Below, piece by piece: positions 57,823-64,000 of a stretch of DNA of 64,000 nucleotides (its first letter is position 1; each line of letters opens with the position of its first letter). The stretch lies in assembly GCA_964387145.1 (NCBI GenBank), contig CAYLVM010000002.1, forward strand, positions 31,763-95,762. Direction: 5' to 3'. A program made the position numbers and the translations under genes. Source of the DNA: an uncultured Acidimicrobiaceae bacterium (GTDB lineage Bacteria > Actinomycetota > Acidimicrobiia > Spongiisociales > UBA5794). Under the pieces are notes generated by a model that was not told the DNA's origin, searched no databases, and saw nothing but the letters and a program-made list of their open reading frames with translations.

Positions 57823-58332
57823 ATGCAAACGATCCCCGTCATCCTCATCGCCCTCGTGCTGTCGGCGTGTACCGCCGCGGTCGATTCTGGCGACGCGGTG
57901 TCTCCCGACGCACCGGATACCACGACCTCATCGGCCACTCTGGCCATGCCTCCCCAGATCGCCGACTTCCGGGTCAAGGAGGTCCAGGTGGGCGGCAGAC
58001 TGCTGACGCTTGCGATCGCCGACAACCCGTCACTGCGGTCCCAGGGTCTCATGGAGGTCACCGACCTCGAGGATCTCGACGGGATGCTCTTCTTCTGGCG
58101 TCACGACGGGGACCCGTTCTGGATGAAGGACACGCTGATCCCGCTCGACATCGTGTGGTTCAACGAGGACGGGACGTACAAGGACCGAGCTTCGATGGTG
58201 CCCTGCACCGAGGACCCCTGCGAGCGGTACTTCCCTGCCGACGGTCTCGAGTTCCGCTACGCCATCGAGGCCGCCCCCGGCACCCTCGACTACATCACCG
58301 AATCCTCCACCATCCAGTACACCGACGACTGA
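57823..58332 (+). CDS. DUF192-domain lipoprotein
   Basis: Signal peptide with lipobox LVLSAC; DUF192-like core (LAIADNPSLRSQGLM...LDIVWF). Confidence 0.6.
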   Translation: MQTIPVILIALVLSACTAAVDSGDAVSPDAPDTTTSSATLAMPPQIADFRVKEVQVGGRLLTLAIADNPSLRSQGLMEVTDLEDLDGMLFFWRHDGDPFWMKDTLIPLDIVWFNEDGTYKDRASMVPCTEDPCERYFPADGLEFRYAIEAAPGTLDYITESSTIQYTDD

Positions 58333-58349
58333 CCCACCCCCCCTCAGGA

Positions 58350-58394
58350 GTCTGGCGCTGAAACAGCTCGGATACGAGCCGTACCGGCGCCAGA
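58350..58394. repeat. REP-like palindromic element, copy 6
   Basis: GTCTGGCGCTGAAACAGCTCGGATACGAGCCGTACCGGCGCCAGAG. Confidence 0.8.
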
Positions 58395-58425
58395 GTGAGT
58401 GCAGACGGCTGGTACCTTCCTCGCC

Positions 58426-58974
58426 ATGACGCAGATCTACTTCACCGAAGCGACCGACGCCAACACCCTGCTCGCAGAGAACCACTTCGCGCTCCTCGTA
58501 GGGATGACGCTCTACCAGCAGATCCCCGTCGAGAAGGCTTTCGCCGGACCGTACGAGCTCGAGCAGCGTCTCGGTAAGCCGATCGATGCGCAGCTGATCG
58601 CATCGATGGATCCCGATGAGCTCGAGGTCGTTTTCCGTGAAAAGCCCGCTCTCCACCGGTTCCCGGCCAACATGGCGAAACGGACCCAGGCTGTGGCGAA
58701 CTTCATCGTCGATGAGTACGGCGGTGATCCAACCGGGTTGTGGGAGGGTGTCGAGACCCATGCCGAGCTGATCAAGCGGATCAAGGCGATGCCCGGCTTC
58801 GGCGACTACAAGGCCAGGGTCTACTCGGCGGTCCTCGCCAGACAGTTCGACGTCAAGCCTGCGGGGTGGGATGCAAAGCTCCCCGAGTGGCCCAACATCT
58901 CTGAGGTCGACTCTGCCGAGGGCCGCACCGAGATGAAGGCCCGCAAGAAAGCCTGGAAAGCCGCCCAGTCCTAG
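58426..58974 (+). CDS. HhH-GPD-type base-excision repair family protein (putative)
   Basis: 182 aa; resembles the small actinobacterial HhH-GPD family; uncertain. Confidence 0.45.
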   Translation: MTQIYFTEATDANTLLAENHFALLVGMTLYQQIPVEKAFAGPYELEQRLGKPIDAQLIASMDPDELEVVFREKPALHRFPANMAKRTQAVANFIVDEYGGDPTGLWEGVETHAELIKRIKAMPGFGDYKARVYSAVLARQFDVKPAGWDAKLPEWPNISEVDSAEGRTEMKARKKAWKAAQS

Positions 58975-58976
58975 GC

Positions 58977-59022
58977 GTCTGGCGCTGATACGGCTCGCAT
59001 ACGAGCGCTGCCGGCGCCAGGG
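58977..59022. repeat. REP-like palindromic element, copy 7
   Basis: GTCTGGCGCTGATACGGCTCGCATACGAGCGCTGCCGGCGCCAGGG. Confidence 0.75.
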
Positions 59023-59108
59023 TCCGAGCGTCATGGCAAAGTGGATTTCGGCGTAGGCTGAGGGGGCGGCACCTGCACCATGCGTGTCGCTTTCACAAGG
59101 GGTGGATC

Positions 59109-60449
59109 ATGACGTACGACGACACACTGAGTCACGATGAGGTAGCGGCGATAGCAGAAGAGGCGTATGTCTTGTTCTTCCCGATGCTCATGGGGTACCG
59201 GTACGCGTTCGGGTCGTTCCTCGTCCCCTCGTTGCCGTCCTACCGCGTGCCGTTGAACGTCCTCGGCGGAGAACCGGTGACGCTCGACCACACCTTCAAG
59301 GACGTCATCACCCCGAACGCCGACACCCCCTACTCGATGGCCGGACTCGATCTGCGGGCCGAACCGATGGTGCTGTCGGTCCCGGCGGTGAAGGACCGCT
59401 ACTACGTCATGCAGTTCGAGGACCTCTTCGGGATGAACGAACACTTCGTCGGTACCCGTGCCACGGGCACCGATCCAGGCACCTATCTCATCGCCGGGCC
59501 GAACTGGGACGGGGAGACGCCCGAAGGGATCGACGCGGTCCTTCGCAACGAGACCGACCTCGTCTTCCTCATCGGGCGCACGCAGATCTTCGGGCCGCAC
59601 GACGTCGAGGCCACCGGCCGGGTGATGTCCGCCTACGATCTGCGTCCCCTCTCGGTCTATCTCGGTGGCGAGCCTGTGGCGGCACTGCCGTATGACTGGC
59701 CCGTGTGGAACGATGATGCATCGAGAGACGAGCGCTTCATCACATACGCCAACGGTCTGCTCCCACTGTGCCAGCCGACACATCCCGATGAGGTGGAGAT
59801 CATGGCTCGCTTCGCCCGGATCGGCCTGGCCCCGGGTGAGCCGTTCGACGTCGATGCCCTCGACCAGGGTGCGCGAGCAGCGCTGAAGGCCGGAGTGGAT
59901 GCGGCTCGCACCCGCCTGGCAGAGATGTCCGAGAATATCGGGGAGAAGGTCAACGGTTGGACGAACACCGATCCGTTCGGTGACCGAGAGTTCTACGCGG
60001 GTGACTACATGCTGCGTGCCGTCGGAGCGATGGTCGGATGGGGAGGCAACGACAAAGTCGAGGCGTTCTATCCGATGGCGCGCACGGATGCAGACGGCGC
60101 CCCCTTCGACGGTACGAAGCGGTACCGGTTGACCTTCGACACGCTTCCACCTGCAAAGGCGTTCTGGTCGGTGACGATGTACAACACGGAGTACGACGGT
60201 ACGGCCGGGTTCTTCGTCGAGAACCCGATCGGGCGGTACCTCATCAACTCGACGACCGAGGGCCTCGTGTACGGGGAAGACGGTGCGCTTGCGATCACGA
60301 TCCAGCACGACGAGCCCACCGACCCGGCCGAGCGCGCCAACTGGCTCCCCGCTCCCGACGACGCGTTCTACCTGGCTCTGCGCCTCTACTCCCCCGCCCA
60401 GTCTGCCCTGGATAGCACCTGGACCCCACCCCCCGTCATCCGTCTCTAG
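59109..60449 (+). CDS. DUF1254/DUF1214 domain protein
   Basis: 446 aa; conserved hypothetical family common in actinobacteria; the overlapping 425-aa minus-strand ORF is judged spurious. Confidence 0.7.
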   Translation: MTYDDTLSHDEVAAIAEEAYVLFFPMLMGYRYAFGSFLVPSLPSYRVPLNVLGGEPVTLDHTFKDVITPNADTPYSMAGLDLRAEPMVLSVPAVKDRYYVMQFEDLFGMNEHFVGTRATGTDPGTYLIAGPNWDGETPEGIDAVLRNETDLVFLIGRTQIFGPHDVEATGRVMSAYDLRPLSVYLGGEPVAALPYDWPVWNDDASRDERFITYANGLLPLCQPTHPDEVEIMARFARIGLAPGEPFDVDALDQGARAALKAGVDAARTRLAEMSENIGEKVNGWTNTDPFGDREFYAGDYMLRAVGAMVGWGGNDKVEAFYPMARTDADGAPFDGTKRYRLTFDTLPPAKAFWSVTMYNTEYDGTAGFFVENPIGRYLINSTTEGLVYGEDGALAITIQHDEPTDPAERANWLPAPDDAFYLALRLYSPAQSALDSTWTPPPVIRL

Positions 60450-60452
60450 GCG

Positions 60453-60498
60453 TCTGGCGCTGAATCAGCTCATATCCGAGCCGTGGCAGCGCCAGAGT
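60453..60498. repeat. REP-like palindromic element, copy 8
   Basis: GTCTGGCGCTGAATCAGCTCATATCCGAGCCGTGGCAGCGCCAGAG between convergent genes. Confidence 0.8.
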
Positions 60499-60499
60499 C

Positions 60500-62095
60500 C
60501 TAAGGGAGTGTGCAGACTTCGGCGGCAAGGGCTCGGGTGTACGACAGGGGTGTGTCGGGACCAACGGAGAAACCCGTGTCGAGGCAGAAGAACCACGACG
60601 CGTCGGGGGTAACGAACACGGCTCGGGAACCGGCGAGGTCGATCGTCGTGTCGGGGCCGAGCATTGCGGTCGCCTCCGGGGCGGGGTAGAAGGTGACCCA
60701 CGGCCAGGTGCCGTCGTCGGCGACGACGGGGATCTGGTTGGGGGCAGGCTCGGTCTCACCTACCCAGTCGGTCGCCACGAAGGGGCCGTTGAGTCGCCCG
60801 TCGGCGTTACGGAGGATGGAGCGCATGAACGAGAGATGCCTCGCTTCGTACGACAGGAGACCGTCGGGGTAGCCACGGTGCGTCTCCCACGTCGCGATGA
60901 TGGTGTCGAGCGTCCGGCGGAGGTCGTCGATATCGGCCTCGAGCGGCGGTGGCTCGGTCGGGTTCTCGATATCTCCCTGGGAGACGCGCGAAGAGACACC
61001 GAGTTGCACCGAGTACCTGCCGTTCGAACCGGCGAGGCCTTCCATGTACCCGTAGTGAAGCGGTTCGTACCCCCACTCGTCCCGAGTCTCCCCCGACCCC
61101 TCCTGGATGATGAGGTGATAGGTGTGTTCGTTCGACGGGTCGTAGAGCGAGAGCTCCGTGCGTCGCCAGTCGTCGTCGCCGCTTTCGAGGAGCCGGAGAT
61201 ACGGTATGAGCTGCCGGCCCATGGCGTCCCACGCGAGCTTCTGTGCGGTCGACATGGCAGGTCTTCGCTGTGGTGATGCGAGCGCCGCGTCGACGAACCC
61301 CTGGTCGCCGAGTTCGAAGTCGGCGCTGCGGTACAGCCAGTTGCCGGTCACGTCGCTGAAGATCTCGTAGATCGGCTCCGGCGGTGGACCGTCCGGGTCG
61401 GACCACAGGTGCACGGTCGCGCCATCGACGGTGTACGCATCGGATGGGAGCGCCGCGTCGACGGTCCCCGTCGGGTCGCCGTGCACGACGACGTCGGCTG
61501 CCCCCGCTACGTGTGCGTTGGACACCGCTACGGGAACCATCTGGCCGATGAGGGCAGGGTCGGCCCGCCACGGCAAGGTGGCGATCTCCTCCTCGAACGG
61601 CTCCACGATCGTCAGGGAACCGACGGCGACGACCCGGTCACCCAGGGTCGCCGTGACGCGATGATCCCCGGTTTCCACAGCGGTGCGGGTCGTTCTCGAT
61701 CCGATTCGCTCGACGAACGTCGTGGGAAGGGTGAACGCCCAACAGGTTGCGATCTCCCCGGCCTGGGTGATGGACACCTGGCCGATCGTCATGGAGTGGG
61801 CGGAGTCCTCAGTCTCGAAGGCGATTACCGGATCGGTGTCGCCGGTGATCGCAGCGCAGATCTCGACGCGTTTGCCGACAGCCTGGGCGGGCGGGTACGC
61901 GACCAGGTCGACCGGCTCACCGAACAGTGCGGTCGTGGTCCTCGGCTGTGTGGTTGCCGTTGTGGAGGTCGGCGGGGCCGTTGTCGTCGACGTCGTTGTG
62001 AGCGTGGACGGTGGCGGCTCGGTGGACGGCGCCGGGCTGCAGGCAGCCGCGATCACCCCGATCGCCACGCCGACGATCGCGACCCGGTACATCAT
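60500..62095 (-). CDS. Hypothetical secreted lipoprotein with Thr/Pro-rich linker
   Basis: Start MMYRVAIVGVAIGVIAAACS (lipobox), then a TTTSTTTAPPTSTTATT linker and a ~450-aa domain of unknown function. Confidence 0.5.
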   Translation of the reverse strand: MMYRVAIVGVAIGVIAAACSPAPSTEPPPSTLTTTSTTTAPPTSTTATTQPRTTTALFGEPVDLVAYPPAQAVGKRVEICAAITGDTDPVIAFETEDSAHSMTIGQVSITQAGEIATCWAFTLPTTFVERIGSRTTRTAVETGDHRVTATLGDRVVAVGSLTIVEPFEEEIATLPWRADPALIGQMVPVAVSNAHVAGAADVVVHGDPTGTVDAALPSDAYTVDGATVHLWSDPDGPPPEPIYEIFSDVTGNWLYRSADFELGDQGFVDAALASPQRRPAMSTAQKLAWDAMGRQLIPYLRLLESGDDDWRRTELSLYDPSNEHTYHLIIQEGSGETRDEWGYEPLHYGYMEGLAGSNGRYSVQLGVSSRVSQGDIENPTEPPPLEADIDDLRRTLDTIIATWETHRGYPDGLLSYEARHLSFMRSILRNADGRLNGPFVATDWVGETEPAPNQIPVVADDGTWPWVTFYPAPEATAMLGPDTTIDLAGSRAVFVTPDASWFFCLDTGFSVGPDTPLSYTRALAAEVCTLP

Positions 62096-62140
62096 ATCCA
62101 ACCCCTCTCGACCGTACCCCACAGGCTAGATGCAATAGGT

Positions 62141-62186
62141 GTCTGGCGCTGAATCAACTCGTATTCGAGCTGTATCGGCGCCAGAC
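62141..62186. repeat. REP-like palindromic element, copy 9
   Basis: GTCTGGCGCTGAATCAACTCGTATTCGAGCTGTATCGGCGCCAGAC. Confidence 0.8.
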
Positions 62187-62262
62187 ACCTGGGCACCGCG
62201 ACAGACCTCTTCCATTCACCGGCTCGGCGTGGCACGGTGGCGGTGTGGAGGATCGTGAACGC

Positions 62263-63219
62263 ATGCTCAACACCATCGCCCGCGAGCAGCGGGGTGTGTT
62301 CACCATGCCCCAGGCCCTTGCATGTGGATTCCCAAGAGCAACGATCACGGGAAGGGTCGCCCGCGGTCTCTACGAGGGCATTCACCCCGGCGTATACGGC
62401 TTGGCCGGTTCGGAGGAGTCGTGGCATCGGGAGGTCCTGGCGGCCGTGCTTTCTGCAGCGGCTCCGTCGGCAGCCTCGCACCGCACGGCAGCGTACCTGT
62501 GGGGGATGATGTCGAAGCGTCCCGACATCACGGAGATCACGACACACCGACATCACAGATGTGACCGCTTCTCGTTCACGGTTCACGAGTCGAAGGATCT
62601 TCGGGCCTCCGACATCGTCGATGTCGACGGGGTACCGACCACGACGGCAGTGCGCACGGTGGTCGATCTCGGTGCATCGGCTCCCTCATGGCTCGTCGAA
62701 CGCTGCCTCGATTCGGGTCTTCGCAAGGAACTCTTCACCGCGTGGGAGGTCCGGTGCTTCATCGCCCGCGTCGCCCGTCCGGGACGCACCGGTATCGGTA
62801 CGATCCGGCCTCTCGTGACCGAGCGAATCGTCTGGAACAGCATCACAGAGTCGGATCTCGAGGACCTCTTTCGGGCGGTCGTCTCCCACCTCTCATATCC
62901 GATGCCGGATCCCCAGTTCAAGCTGTTCGAACCCAACGGCGAGTTCGTCGGGCGGTTCGACTTCGTCTACCGAGCGAGGCGAGCACTGATCGAAACCGAC
63001 AGCGAGCGGTGGCACATGGACCCGATCTCGTTCCGCAGAGATCGGGACAAGCAGAACCGTGCCCACGCCCTCGGATGGACGGTCTACCGGTTCACCTGGC
63101 GCCAACTCGTCGACGACCCAGCTTCCGTCCGCTCCACCATCACCGCCATCTGGACCGACCGACAGGACTCTGGCGCTGAAACAGCTCGGATACGAGCCGT
63201 ATCGGCGCCAGACGCCTAG
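62263..63219 (+). CDS. DUF559 (endonuclease-fold) protein with N-terminal AbiEi-like domain
   Basis: C-terminal DUF559-like motifs (GRFDFVYRARRALIETDSERWH..DRDKQNRAHALGWTVYRF); last 16 codons are encoded by REP copy 10. Confidence 0.6.
   Translation: MLNTIAREQRGVFTMPQALACGFPRATITGRVARGLYEGIHPGVYGLAGSEESWHREVLAAVLSAAAPSAASHRTAAYLWGMMSKRPDITEITTHRHHRCDRFSFTVHESKDLRASDIVDVDGVPTTTAVRTVVDLGASAPSWLVERCLDSGLRKELFTAWEVRCFIARVARPGRTGIGTIRPLVTERIVWNSITESDLEDLFRAVVSHLSYPMPDPQFKLFEPNGEFVGRFDFVYRARRALIETDSERWHMDPISFRRDRDKQNRAHALGWTVYRFTWRQLVDDPASVRSTITAIWTDRQDSGAETARIRAVSAPDA
63168..63213. repeat. REP-like palindromic element, copy 10
   Basis: CTCTGGCGCTGAAACAGCTCGGATACGAGCCGTATCGGCGCCAGAC. Confidence 0.8.
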
Positions 63220-64000
63220 GTGAAGAGGGGGAGGGGTTCGAACTCCGCGGCGAGGATGGTGGCGGAGTCGGCGGAGAGCCAGTCGTCGAGGACCGTGGCG
63301 TACAGCGAGCGGTAGTCCACGGTGTGGATCAGGTTGCCCCGGGTGTCCAGGTTGGTGAGCGACGGCGGCTCGCCGTAGCGGCCCCCCGCCACACCCGATC
63401 CGATGACGAAGTGCGCGCCTGCGGTCCCGTGGTCGGTGCCCGACCCGTTGTAGGCGGGCCGTCTCCCGAACTCCGAGGTGGTCATCACGATCACGTCATC
63501 GGATACCCCGGCGGCGTCGATCGCAGCAAAGAAGCCGGACACGCCGTCGTTGAGGGCCGTCATCATGTCTCCGTGTCGCGACTCCTGGCCCTCGTGAGTG
63601 TCGAAGTCGCCCCAACCGTGCACGTAGATGACCCGTGGCGGGTTCGGACTCGTGACGAGTGCGGCGGCGACGGACAGGAACGAACCGAGGTCGCCACGAC
63701 GACCGCCCCGCCCACCTTCTTCGGATGCCTGGTCCTCCACGTCGGACCCGTCGAGGATGTCGGAGAGGTCGTCGGCTGCCGTGACGGTGGCATCGATCGC
63801 GGCGCGGACCTGGTCGAGGAGGACGGCACCGTCGAAGGCAGCGGGGGCGAACCCCTGCCACATCGACATCAGCTCGTCGGTGGAGTCGACCCACGGGGGC
63901 ACGATCGGGGCGAGGCCCGTGATGTCCTGTACCGAGACGACGAAGGCCTTGTCGGCGAGCAGCGCCGGGGTCGGCCCGGGGCCGATCGACACACCGGCAA
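63216..64000 (-). CDS. DUF1501 (sulfatase-like) domain protein, C-terminal part; gene continues past the window end
   Basis: DUF1501-like C-terminal motifs (VIVMTTSEFGRRPAYNGSGTDHGTAGAHFVIGSGVAGGRYGEPPSL); full-length family members are >400 aa. Confidence 0.65.
   Translation of the reverse strand, partial: AGVSIGPGPTPALLADKAFVVSVQDITGLAPIVPPWVDSTDELMSMWQGFAPAAFDGAVLLDQVRAAIDATVTAADDLSDILDGSDVEDQASEEGGRGGRRGDLGSFLSVAAALVTSPNPPRVIYVHGWGDFDTHEGQESRHGDMMTALNDGVSGFFAAIDAAGVSDDVIVMTTSEFGRRPAYNGSGTDHGTAGAHFVIGSGVAGGRYGEPPSLTNLDTRGNLIHTVDYRSLYATVLDDWLSADSATILAAEFEPLPLFT

Noticed and set aside
59031-60308. 425-aa minus-strand ORF
   Set aside because: Antisense to the DUF1254/DUF1214 gene, which has the conserved, less biased sequence; Arg/Val-rich GC-frame artefact.
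63225-63250. tRNA T-arm-like GGGGTTCGAACTCC
   Set aside because: Lies inside the DUF1501 coding sequence on the opposite strand; no acceptor, D or anticodon arms could be built.

Overview
High-GC actinobacterial chromosome segment that spans the replication origin. The first ~28 kb is conserved core: gyrA(partial)-gyrB-dciA-recF-dnaN-oriC-dnaA, then rpmH-rnpA-yidD-yidC-jag-[2x parS]-rsmG-parA-parB, then cwlM-trxA-trxB-antisigma-ECF sigma (mycobacterium-like synteny), a free-standing MviN-type pseudokinase, GNAT, HDAC, orphan pilT, rnhA, cca, and a reduced arginine cluster argC-argB-argR-argG-argH with a candidate ARG box. The middle carries a BMP-family nucleoside ABC transporter with adenosine deaminase, pyrE and nfo. 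From ~39 kb to the end the region looks accessory. Gene cassettes (RES-Xre toxin-antitoxin, ABC-F, ino1-padR, fhs, mobA-fdhD-formate dehydrogenase, merR, ccdA-like, PPOX, panB, AEC transporter and several DUFs) are separated by a 46-bp perfectly palindromic REP-like element, present in 11 copies. The most notable observations are two in-frame UGA codons, each followed 18 nt downstream by a GGUCU-loop hairpin, the geometry of the E. coli fdhF SECIS. One is in a formate dehydrogenase molybdopterin subunit; that enzyme is also split and gene-order permuted. The other replaces the second catalytic Cys of a CcdA-like thiol-disulfide transporter, which is divergently paired with a metal-type MerR regulator and a SoxR-box-like palindrome. 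A dispersed CCRRGTA heptamer array family (4 loci) is also unexplained. No rRNA, tRNA, CRISPR or transposase genes were found.
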